NCBI GenBank assembly: GCA_963700145.1
Contig: OY969474.1
Coordinates: 2,016,001 to 2,080,000 of the forward strand
DNA from: an uncultured Acidobacteriota bacterium
Lineage (GTDB): Bacteria > Acidobacteriota > Thermoanaerobaculia > Multivoradales > UBA5704
Direction: 5' to 3'
Length of the DNA stretch: 64,000 nt
How positions within the stretch are numbered: position 1 is the stretch's first letter; every line of letters starts with the position of its first letter. Shown here one piece after another: positions 18,592-27,075 of the stretch. The notes beneath the pieces are model-generated. The model did no database searches. It had not been told where the DNA came from and saw nothing but the letters and a program-made list of their open reading frames with translations. The translations under genes were made by a program, and so were the position numbers.

Positions 18592-20050
18592 GGGGATGCC
18601 CCGTTCCCTGTTGAAAGCCGAAAGAGGGAAAGCGGCTCGGTTGATCATGCCACGGCCTTGGTGTTCGTCGGTTCCTCGATCGCCGCGAGCGCGAGCTCGA
18701 GAGCCCCGAGGTGCCGATGTCCCTTGACACGCCGGAAGCCAGCCTCCGCGTCACACAGCGCCAGGGCGACCCAGCGCAGCACCATGTCGCCGCCGCGCCA
18801 GCGCTTGACGTTGCGCGTCGTCGTACGGATCGAGCCGATCGTGTTCTCGATCGCGTTGGTCGAGGCGAGCAACCGGCGCAGAGCGTCGGGCAGCTTCAGC
18901 CGCAAGGCGGTGAGGGTCTCGTCGAGGCCCTCGCGCAGGCTGCCCGCGGCGCCCGCGTGGCCTGCGTGCTCGAGCCAGCGGGCAAGCTGCTCGAGGCGAC
19001 GCTTGGCGAGGTCGAAGCGAGCGCTCTGGTAGGCCTCGACCATCAGGCGGTCGACCCGGGCTTGGAGCTGCTTGGGCAGGTGGTCGCGGACGTTGCGGCG
19101 CTTGTGGAGCTGGCAGCGCTGGACGTGGGTTGCGTCCCCGAAGACGGCGCGCACGGCCTTGCGCAGCCCCTTGCCGCCGTCGAGCACCGCCAAGAAGCGC
19201 GGCGGCATCGCGAGGCCTCGCTCCAACAGCTCCTGGAGCAGGCCGGTACAGAGCGCCGCGTTCTCCGTCGCGCCTTCACGCAGGCCGAGCACCCGCTTGG
19301 TCCCGTCGCGCGCGATGCCGAGTGCCACCACCAGGGTGTGGCCGGCCACCTCCAGCCCGTCGATCATCAGGATCAGGGGCTGGAAGTCCGACAGGTCTCG
19401 GCGCAGCCACGCGCCCAGCAGACGACGCGTCCCCGCCACCAGCCGGCGCTGGACCGCACTCTTGCTCGTCGCGCGCTCCGGCACCGACTCTGCGAGCGGC
19501 TCCAAGCTCCGACCGTAGCGGCGCTGCGAGACGCCGACCAGCGCCTGCTCGATCACCCGCTCCGTGAAGGGATCTTCGTCCTGAAAGGCGCGCACCGAAG
19601 GCAAGCTCATCTCGCCACCGTCGCGTCGCCGGACGCGCGGTCGCGGCAGCGCCACCTGGCGGCCACCCAGCACGAACTCGCTCGCCGTCGAGCCCCAGCG
19701 GTACGCCTCGCGGGTCGGATTGCGCCGACGCTTCGGACCGACGACGGCCTCGACCTCGTCCGCGAGCTGCCGCCCCAGGGCCTCGACGCCCGCGGCGTGA
19801 AACAGCTCCAGCAGCCCCTGGCGGCTGGCCTCGATGCCCTCGACCATCGGCCGCAGCAGCGCTTGTAGCCCGTGGCTGATGCGCGCCGCACGGCCCCCTT
19901 GCCACACCACCCGCCTTTCTGCTCTCGTCTTCATCACGGCTCCTTGGCCCCCTGGCGGGGCCGGTTATTCGACCAACCCGATTCTCGATCAGGTGGGCCG
20001 AGGAGCCGCCTTCACCTCATTGCTCTTTCAACAGCGGGAGGGACAACCCC
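18592..20050 (-). mobile_element. IS256-family insertion sequence, 1459 bp
   Basis: 26-bp imperfect terminal IRs (GGGGATGCCCCGTTCCCTGTTGAAAG / GGGGTTGTCCCTCCCGCTGTTGAAAG, 20/26); 9-bp direct repeat GCATCCTCC at 18583-18591 and 20051-20059. Confidence 0.95.
18645..19937 (-). CDS. IS256-family DDE transposase
   Basis: LMIDG, VLDGGKGL, QRCQLHKRRN (CxxH), STNAIE motifs. Confidence 0.95.
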   Translation of the reverse strand: MMKTRAERRVVWQGGRAARISHGLQALLRPMVEGIEASRQGLLELFHAAGVEALGRQLADEVEAVVGPKRRRNPTREAYRWGSTASEFVLGGRQVALPRPRVRRRDGGEMSLPSVRAFQDEDPFTERVIEQALVGVSQRRYGRSLEPLAESVPERATSKSAVQRRLVAGTRRLLGAWLRRDLSDFQPLILMIDGLEVAGHTLVVALGIARDGTKRVLGLREGATENAALCTGLLQELLERGLAMPPRFLAVLDGGKGLRKAVRAVFGDATHVQRCQLHKRRNVRDHLPKQLQARVDRLMVEAYQSARFDLAKRRLEQLARWLEHAGHAGAAGSLREGLDETLTALRLKLPDALRRLLASTNAIENTIGSIRTTTRNVKRWRGGDMVLRWVALALCDAEAGFRRVKGHRHLGALELALAAIEEPTNTKAVA

Positions 20051-20555
20051 GCATCCTCCACACCACCGAGGGCGACACCGTCGAGGCGGCGTGGCGCACC
20101 CTCCGCCCCGGCCGCAACAACACCGCCAACGTCCACGCGCAAGTGCAGGTGGAGATGGTGGCGAGGCCATCAGTAGCAATGGGATATCGGGTTATCGAGC
20201 TTCACCGCGCTTAGCTTGGCCTGCACCTTTTTGATTCCCAGTCAGATAACAGCGGGTAGATGCGAAGTACTAGGTGCAGCGGCGCTCCGCGACCGCGTCA
20301 CGTCACAACCGACGCGCAAGCGCCTTACGAGGAGGCACTATGACCCTCGGACGAGTCGTCAGTGGGAAGCTCTTAGCAATCGCCTGCCTGGCCGTGCTGG
20401 CCTCTCGGTGTTCGCGGGAACGGCGGTCGCGCAGCGCACTCCCGACCAACCCGAGCTGGCTCCGCTTTACAACGAGGGTCTGCCTCATGCGCTCCTCGTG
20501 CTCGGGCCGGCCCCTCCGCTTGCCCGGGCGCTCGCATAAAGGAGGAGGGGCAGCC

Positions 20556-23500
20556 ATGCGTCCTGCTATGCGCTGGTGGCAAGCGCTCGTGTTGTGGGCG
20601 GTCTGTACCTTGGGTGTGGTCCGGGTCGCCGACGCCGGCGATCTGCGCGTCATGAAGACCGGTCTGGGCCAGGGCACCATCTCCGCGCCCGGGATCATCT
20701 CCTGCGGAACCGGTGGCACTGACTGCAACGAGCCGGGCCTGTCCGGGACGATCATGTTGACCGTGAGCGTGCCCGCCGGCTCGGGCTCGCGGTTGAGGGC
20801 GTGGGGCGGTGACTGCTCGTCGACGCCGGCGGCGGCGGCGTCATGCACGGTCAACATGAGCGTGACGAGGTCGGTGCGCGTCGACTTCGAGCTGATCACG
20901 CCGATCAACCCGATCACCGATTACTCGCCGGGCGGCATCCGGACCTATCTCACCACCGCCGCGAATGCCAACGTCGACACCGCCGCCGAGTTCGTCGCGG
21001 CGCTATCGCAGGACTTCAGGGAGAACTGGATCCTGCTGCCCAGGTCGGAGAGCCTGCAGACGGGAACGGCCAAGCTGCCCCGGATCCTGCTGGTGAGCGC
21101 CGACGCGACGCGCGTCTTCACCATCGCGCTCGACCTCCACTCTTCGTATCCCGGCGCGCATCCGCTCGCGATCGAATACATGCAGTGGAATGGCGGCAGC
21201 GACAACAACTTCCACTTTCACGAGATCGTCCTCAACACCATCCCGGACATGGACATGCTCGCCCCAGGGCCGCCGCCGGTGTTCCGATTTCCGGCGCGCA
21301 CGCGCGGCACGGATCCCGTCAAGGAGGACGATCCGAGATGCTTCTCGTGTCATTCGACGCGAAACGTGAGACACGACCGTCGCTCCACCACGCCGGGTAC
21401 TACCGGGATCCCCATCGGAAGCGTCCCGTTCAAGAGCAAGCCGAACTGGGACACGTACGACAGCTGGGGCGGGATGCTGGCATTCAACCGCGATCGCATC
21501 TATCAGGGAACGGTCGAAGCGGCCGCATTCCGCCGGACCTTCAATCTCTGGACATGGCAGAACAACGACGCCATCCGCGCCGTGATCGAGCAACTCAAGC
21601 TCCAGCCGGATGGCGTGCCGACGAATGACCGCATCGTCCGCTGGGACGCCGGCGGCGCGAACGACGGTCACATCCAGTTCGCTTTCGATCCGCCGGCACC
21701 CACGGCCGTCACCCGGGAGCCGCAGCCGACGGGCTCGGGCCCGAACGTCACCTACAACTTCGATCGGCGAGTCGGCCCGGCCAACCCGGACAACGTCCTC
21801 CGATCGGGCGTCTTCGTCAGGCTTCACCACTCGTGTCAGCCGGGCAGCGACGAAGGGCGAGCCGTCGAGTTCTTCGATCGATTGACGGGAGGGCGCCCGA
21901 CGTCGGACCCAGACGCGACGGCACCGCTCAACCCGGCCTGTCCGCCGCGCCCTGCGACTCCCTTGCCGGGCCCCAATCCGCTGCGCATCGCCGACGAGCT
22001 GGTCACGCACCAGTGGGCGACGGGCAGCGTCGCGATCGACGTGCGGCCGATCGCGCTCGCGATCGCCCGCAGATGCATCACCGTGAGCGGCGGAACCGAC
22101 ATCACCGCGACGCAGACGGTCACCGGCGTGCCTGCGGCCGCACTCGGCTTCTTCGAGGCGCGCAACGGAATGACCTTTGATCGGGTCTACGACGACACAC
22201 GACGCCGGGCGCAGAGCCTGACGCGACGGAAGGCCGACATCGCGCGGACGACGTTGGATCGCGACGCCGACCTCTACGTGTACGACCCGAACCCGTTCGA
22301 TGGGATCCCGATCGCCGACACGTCGGATCGCGTCGACGGCCTGATTCGAGAGTTCGGCGCCGGCACCCTCGGCATCGCCGGGGGAACGGGCGGCGGGGAC
22401 AGGTCCTTTCAGCGGCTGCGCCAGGAGGTCTTCCGACGCGGGCCGCCTCCCGGGCACGCCGACGAGACCGTCATGGGCGGGTTCTACATCGATCGCGAAG
22501 ACGATTCGACGCCCGAGGAGGGTATCCCGAGGCCGGACAACACCGCCTCCGTCGCGCTCTACCGGTACTTCCTCGAGCCCCTCGGTGTTTCCGTCGACAA
22601 GTGGTCGATGGGTGTCCGCGGACGCTCGCGCACGTACACGTTCGCAGACATCTTCGGCTTCTACACGGGCACCTTCCTGACGGTGCTGCCGGCAAGCCTC
22701 GGTTTGCCTGCGAACCCGGACTGCGCGGTGATCAACCCTCTCGTGACCACGGAGCTCGCACGCCTCGCGATGTTTCCCGCGACCCCGGCGTACACGGACA
22801 TCCAGCGCATCTTCAACAAGAGCTGCATCGATTGTCACGACGCCAGCATCGGTTATCCACCATTCCGCACCTATGCCGGCAGCGGGCTCGACCTGTCCGA
22901 GAACGAGGATCCGCCCCCGGGACAACGGCGCCTGTGGCGATCGCTGGATTTCGCTCGGAGGATCAGCAGTGCTCCTGCCTGTGCTCCGAGCACACCCGTG
23001 TGCACGGTCGGCGGCGGCACCGACGTCAGCAACAGCTATCTCTACCAGCGCATTACCGACCGCGGAATGCTGCAGCATCCGTACAACCCGGGACAGCCCC
23101 ATAACTTCAGCAATCCCGACGATCCAGCGAACCCGGACGTGGCCGACGAGCGCTGTCCGGCAGGTCTCATGCCCTGCGAGGGTCCGCCGCTCAGCAAGGT
23201 CGACATCGAGACCTTACGTCGCTGGATCCTCGGCGGCCGACCCAACACCGAGGGCGATCCGCACATCAGGACCATCGACGGCGTGAACTACGACTTCCAG
23301 AGCGCCGGTGAGTTCATCCTGCTGCGTGGCGAGGGCCTGGGCCTGCAAGCACGGCAGACCGCAGTGACCACCGCCGCCCCGGTCGGGCCGAACGCCCACA
23401 CCGGCCTCACCTCGTGCGTCAGCCTGAACACCGCGGTCGCGATGAGAGCCGGGCTCGATCGTGTCACCTACCAGCCGGAGATCGTCAGCCTGCGGGCGAC

Positions 23501-24680
23501 CCACGTGCCGGAGGACACGGTGACCCCGGAGCGCAGGCGGCTGGTGCTGCGCATCAATGGAAAGGAAGCACAGCTCGGGGCCGACGGCATCGCCCTCGCA
23601 TCGGGCGGCCGGATCATCCAGACGACGATGCCCCGCGGCATCGAGATCCTCATTCCGGGCGGCGAAGCCGTCGTGGTCACGCCGCGCTTCTGGGACTACT
23701 ACCAGGTCTGGTACATGAACATCGAGGTCCGGCACGCCCGATCCACCGAGGGGGTGATGGGTGCGATCGCGCCCGGGAGCTGGCTGCCGGCGCTGTCAAA
23801 CGGCGCGTCCCTCGGGCCGCTGCCGAGCGACCTCGCGCAACGGCACCGGGATCTCTACGAGACCTTCGCGAAGTCGTGGCGCGTCGACGCCACCACCTCG
23901 CTGTTCGACTACGAGCCGGGTCTGTCACCGGAGTCGTTCGTCGTCGAGGGCTGGCCGGTGGCCGCACAGCAGGGCTGCGTGGCCCCGCCGCAGCCGGGTG
24001 GGCCGCTCGCGAGGCCGGCACCCGCGCCGATCGCGCGCGCCCAGGCCGAGCAGCTGTGCCGTGGCATCGTCGATCCGCCGCGGCGCCAGAACTGCGTCCA
24101 GGACGTCATGGCCACGGGTGAACCCAGCTTCGCGAGCGCGTACGAGGATACCGAGAAGCTGGAGCGGCGGCGGATGCCGGCGCCGCCCGTGCTCAGGTCG
24201 CCGGCGGACAACGCCCGCGTGCCGGCGAATCGCGTCGACTTCGAGTGGGCCCCGCATCCGGGCACCGAAGGCATCGATGTCGTCTATCGCCACTGCATCT
24301 GGCACGCCGACGAGGTCTACGACTTTAATCACTGCACCGAGCTCCCCGACGGCGGCGCCGGATCATGGTTCGGATCGCTGGGGATCGAGGTGCAGAAGCG
24401 CCTCTGGCTCTGGATCCTGATCGCGATTTTGCTGCTCATGTTGATCGCGGTGGTGCTGATCCGGCGATACGGCAAGCGAGGTCTGGTGATCGTGCTGATC
24501 CTCGCAGCGATCGTCGCCGTGCTTCTCCTCCTGCTATCGCGGGTGCGCGTCGAGGGACCACGCAAGACCCACGTCAACGGTTTGCAGCCGGGCAAGGTCT
24601 ACTTCTGGAAGGTCGTGGCGGAGACCACGGAAGGCGTCACGGTCGAGAGCGTGACCCACCGCCTGGAGGTCGCGCAGTGA
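20556..24680 (+). CDS. Large exported multidomain protein: InlB B-repeat-like, two CxxCH heme motifs, VWD domain, FN3-like domain interrupted by two TM helices
   Basis: AAGGAGG RBS; signal peptide; CFSCH (21339) and CIDCH (22824); GDPHIRTIDGVNYDFQSAGEF; GLQPGKVYFWKVVA. Confidence 0.85.
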   Translation: MRPAMRWWQALVLWAVCTLGVVRVADAGDLRVMKTGLGQGTISAPGIISCGTGGTDCNEPGLSGTIMLTVSVPAGSGSRLRAWGGDCSSTPAAAASCTVNMSVTRSVRVDFELITPINPITDYSPGGIRTYLTTAANANVDTAAEFVAALSQDFRENWILLPRSESLQTGTAKLPRILLVSADATRVFTIALDLHSSYPGAHPLAIEYMQWNGGSDNNFHFHEIVLNTIPDMDMLAPGPPPVFRFPARTRGTDPVKEDDPRCFSCHSTRNVRHDRRSTTPGTTGIPIGSVPFKSKPNWDTYDSWGGMLAFNRDRIYQGTVEAAAFRRTFNLWTWQNNDAIRAVIEQLKLQPDGVPTNDRIVRWDAGGANDGHIQFAFDPPAPTAVTREPQPTGSGPNVTYNFDRRVGPANPDNVLRSGVFVRLHHSCQPGSDEGRAVEFFDRLTGGRPTSDPDATAPLNPACPPRPATPLPGPNPLRIADELVTHQWATGSVAIDVRPIALAIARRCITVSGGTDITATQTVTGVPAAALGFFEARNGMTFDRVYDDTRRRAQSLTRRKADIARTTLDRDADLYVYDPNPFDGIPIADTSDRVDGLIREFGAGTLGIAGGTGGGDRSFQRLRQEVFRRGPPPGHADETVMGGFYIDREDDSTPEEGIPRPDNTASVALYRYFLEPLGVSVDKWSMGVRGRSRTYTFADIFGFYTGTFLTVLPASLGLPANPDCAVINPLVTTELARLAMFPATPAYTDIQRIFNKSCIDCHDASIGYPPFRTYAGSGLDLSENEDPPPGQRRLWRSLDFARRISSAPACAPSTPVCTVGGGTDVSNSYLYQRITDRGMLQHPYNPGQPHNFSNPDDPANPDVADERCPAGLMPCEGPPLSKVDIETLRRWILGGRPNTEGDPHIRTIDGVNYDFQSAGEFILLRGEGLGLQARQTAVTTAAPVGPNAHTGLTSCVSLNTAVAMRAGLDRVTYQPEIVSLRATHVPEDTVTPERRRLVLRINGKEAQLGADGIALASGGRIIQTTMPRGIEILIPGGEAVVVTPRFWDYYQVWYMNIEVRHARSTEGVMGAIAPGSWLPALSNGASLGPLPSDLAQRHRDLYETFAKSWRVDATTSLFDYEPGLSPESFVVEGWPVAAQQGCVAPPQPGGPLARPAPAPIARAQAEQLCRGIVDPPRRQNCVQDVMATGEPSFASAYEDTEKLERRRMPAPPVLRSPADNARVPANRVDFEWAPHPGTEGIDVVYRHCIWHADEVYDFNHCTELPDGGAGSWFGSLGIEVQKRLWLWILIAILLLMLIAVVLIRRYGKRGLVIVLILAAIVAVLLLLLSRVRVEGPRKTHVNGLQPGKVYFWKVVAETTEGVTVESVTHRLEVAQ

Positions 24681-25070
24681 CGGGCTGGCGGGTGCGCCAC
24701 GTGTGGGCCAGCGCTGGCAGAGCCGCCAACACCCAGTGGAGCCGACGCGGCCAGGCGGTTTGCATCCCGCGGCCCGCGGTCGGACGCTAGCCTCCCATCA
24801 CACACTCGAATCGTGAGCCGCCCCGCCCGGCCTCGATCTCGTAGTGCTGCCCGCGGTCGAAGCCGGCGCGCTGGAGCCAGGCCGGAGATGCGGAGGTCCG
24901 GGACCAAGCGGCGGTAGCCGCGGCTGCGGCAGCAGATGGTGCCGAAGCGGTGGCCTTTCGCTCGGGCGGCCGCAGCGCGGGCGAGCTTGCGCTCGCGCCA
25001 CTCGTCGGGCTGGGGGAGCTGGTCGGGTGGGGGGGCGGAAAGGTGCGCAGCGCGGTGCTAGCATCGCGTC

Positions 25071-25295
25071 ATGCGACTCGTCGAAGCCAGGTACGAGGAG
25101 GGTCTACTCAAGCCCACGGAGCCTCTTGCGCTTCGGCCCGGTGAGCGGGTCGGGCTGATCGTCGTCCGGCGGCCGGACCCCAGCCGCTGGGACCTCCAGC
25201 GTCTCGCGACGACCGGCCGGGACGAGGATCTCGCTCTGGCCGAGCAGGGCCTCGGAGACTGGGTAGACGCGCTGGAGGGGGAGGACCGCCGTTGA
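25071..25295 (+). CDS. Antitoxin, AF2212/DUF104-like
   Basis: VEARYEEGLLKPTEPLALRPGERV motif; overlaps toxin start; TGcTAGCAT 6 nt upstream. Confidence 0.85.
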   Translation: MRLVEARYEEGLLKPTEPLALRPGERVGLIVVRRPDPSRWDLQRLATTGRDEDLALAEQGLGDWVDALEGEDRR

Positions 25296-25651
25296 GGCGG
25301 GGCGAGGTCTGGTGGGCAGACCTCGGTCCCTACCGGCCGCTCGAGCAGACGGGGCGTCGGCCCGTCGTGATCTGGCAGGGCGACGCCCTGACGCGAGTCC
25401 TGCAGTCCGTACTGATCATTCCCCTCACGACTAACCTGAGCCGCGCGAGTCTCGCGGGGACTGCGGTGCTCACCGCTTCCCCGGACGGTCTACCGACCGA
25501 CTCCGTGGCGCTCGCGTTTCAGCTCCGAGCCGTTCCGAAATCGGCGTTGGACACGAAGATCCGGAATGTCACCGAGGACGAACTGGCGGAGCTGGAGTTG
25601 GCCACGGACGAGGCGGTTGGGCGCGTAGAACCAGAAGGCCTCGACGGCTGA
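25292..25651 (+). CDS. PemK/MazF-family toxin
   Basis: RRGEVWWADL...EQTGRRPVVIWQ...IIPLTT...DSVALAFQLRAV. Confidence 0.9.
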   Translation: MRRGEVWWADLGPYRPLEQTGRRPVVIWQGDALTRVLQSVLIIPLTTNLSRASLAGTAVLTASPDGLPTDSVALAFQLRAVPKSALDTKIRNVTEDELAELELATDEAVGRVEPEGLDG

Positions 25652-25663
25652 TCAGCTCCGCAG

Positions 25664-25906
25664 ATGATCCTCGAAGCGGAGATTCGGGAGAAGCTCGACG
25701 TCGAGTCGTTCGAGGATTGGCTCGTTCAGCATAGCTGGAACATGCATCTCGACAGCGACCGCGCCGCCCAGGAGCTTGCCTCCGGAGTGGAGCTTGCGTT
25801 GGCCGAGCATTCGTCCGGGCATCTGTCGGACAACGAGCTGCGGCAAGAGCTGCACTCGCTCCTTGGGCAGGTCGTGGCATCCCCGCGGTCCGCAGTCAGC
25901 CGCTAG
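25664..25906 (+). CDS. Small acidic hypothetical protein (80 aa)
   Basis: 12 nt after the toxin; LDVESFEDWLVQHSW...IELALAE-like helical pattern; start uncertain. Confidence 0.55.
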   Translation: MILEAEIREKLDVESFEDWLVQHSWNMHLDSDRAAQELASGVELALAEHSSGHLSDNELRQELHSLLGQVVASPRSAVSR

Positions 25907-26025
25907 CTTCCATCACATCGCTCGAATCGTAGCCGCCCGGAAGTCACGGCTCGGCAGATTGGCGCACCTTCATCTTAGAGAGAACTCATGGATCTCTCGA
26001 ACTCTCAACAGAAGGAGGGCACGAG

Positions 26026-26406
26026 ATGCGCACCCGGTCACTCCGCCTCGCCCGAACCGCCCTGGCGACTCTGACGCTGGTTGTCGTCTTCGCCGGTCTC
26101 GCTCACGCACAGGGGGCGCCGATGACCGCCAACCGGCCGCCCGGGAAAAACTACACGCCCATCATGTCCGTCGGAGCGTCGCAGCCCGACCTCAACTCTC
26201 TGGGCCTGACGACCCCGGAGGCCTCGCCGATGTCCTGCACCTACTTCGGGATGTACGACGAGTGGTGGAAGAACGGGGAGGTCTGCCGCACCCGCAACAC
26301 CTGCCTGCCACCCGGGCAGCAGATCTCCGGCTCTTGCCCCGACGGCTGGGACGAAAAAACCAGCGAGCAAATCGTCTGCTGGTGCCCCTACTACTGCCCG
26401 TGCTGA
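26026..26406 (+). CDS. Secreted small Cys-rich protein
   Basis: AAGGAGG RBS; signal peptide ending AHA; 8 Cys in the C-terminal half, ends CWCPYYCPC. Confidence 0.75.
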   Translation: MRTRSLRLARTALATLTLVVVFAGLAHAQGAPMTANRPPGKNYTPIMSVGASQPDLNSLGLTTPEASPMSCTYFGMYDEWWKNGEVCRTRNTCLPPGQQISGSCPDGWDEKTSEQIVCWCPYYCPC

Positions 26407-26579
26407 TGATGCTCCGGCCGGTACCATAGCGACTGTCGAGCTGAGGGCAGCGGCTAGCGGGCGTCCTCCCCTAGGCGGGAGCGGCGAGCTCGGGGAGCAG
26501 CGTTAGACGGCCCTGGGTGCGTCGACGTAGACCGTAGCAGTGCTACCGAGCTCGGAAACGCTCTTCCATGGAGGGTTCC

Positions 26580-27065
26580 ATGCGCCACAAGCTGGCTGTC
26601 GCCTTCTTGATCGCCTGCACCACCTGCGCCACGAGCGCCTATCCTGCGGACGAGGCTCAGGCGGTTACCTTCAGCTTGAACAACACGGCTAGCCGTGATG
26701 CTGCGACAGTTCTGCGTACAATCGCTGGCGTCAAGAACCTGGAGATAGATGACGACCACACCATCACGGTTCGCGACACTCAAGAGCAGCTCGAGCTGGC
26801 TGCAGCCGTCGTCAAGATGCTGGACGCCACCGAGGACACGGCCGACGCGACTCCTCTGACCGCCAGTGACGGCTCCGTCATCGCAGCCGTCGTCCTGGAC
26901 CGCGCGTCATCGGCGGAAGTCATGGTCGCGCTTCGGGAGGAGCTTCAGATTGCGAGATGCGCGACAGCGGGCGAGAAGAGGGTCTTTCTTCGCGACACCG
27001 ACAGCCAAATTCAGGCAGCTCTGAAGGTGATTGAGAGGCTCGAGCGCGATCACGAGAACTCCTAA
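26580..27065 (+). CDS. Exported protein of two secretin N-domain-like repeats
   Basis: GGAGG RBS before ATG 26580; FSLNNTASRDAATVLR...ITVRDTQEQLELAAAVVKMLD repeated as LDRASSAEVMVALR...FLRDTDSQIQAALKVIERLE. Confidence 0.65.
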   Translation: MRHKLAVAFLIACTTCATSAYPADEAQAVTFSLNNTASRDAATVLRTIAGVKNLEIDDDHTITVRDTQEQLELAAAVVKMLDATEDTADATPLTASDGSVIAAVVLDRASSAEVMVALREELQIARCATAGEKRVFLRDTDSQIQAALKVIERLERDHENS

Positions 27066-27075
27066 AGGACGTTAG

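Larger units (their letters stand above)
18540..20214 (+). pseudogene. 68-aa ORF interrupted by IS256
   Basis: Joining 18540-18591 to 20060-20214 gives in-frame MAELRWLREHRTLIGILHTTEGDTVEAAWRTLRPGRNNTANVHAQVQVEM...HRA*. Confidence 0.65.

Noticed and set aside
14276-20214. Prophage
   Set aside because: XRE genes and a divergent operator are present, but no integrase, replication, packaging or structural genes
24681-25055. Short ORFs between the VWD gene and the TA pair
   Set aside because: Arg/Pro/Gly-rich translations in all frames, no RBS or codon bias
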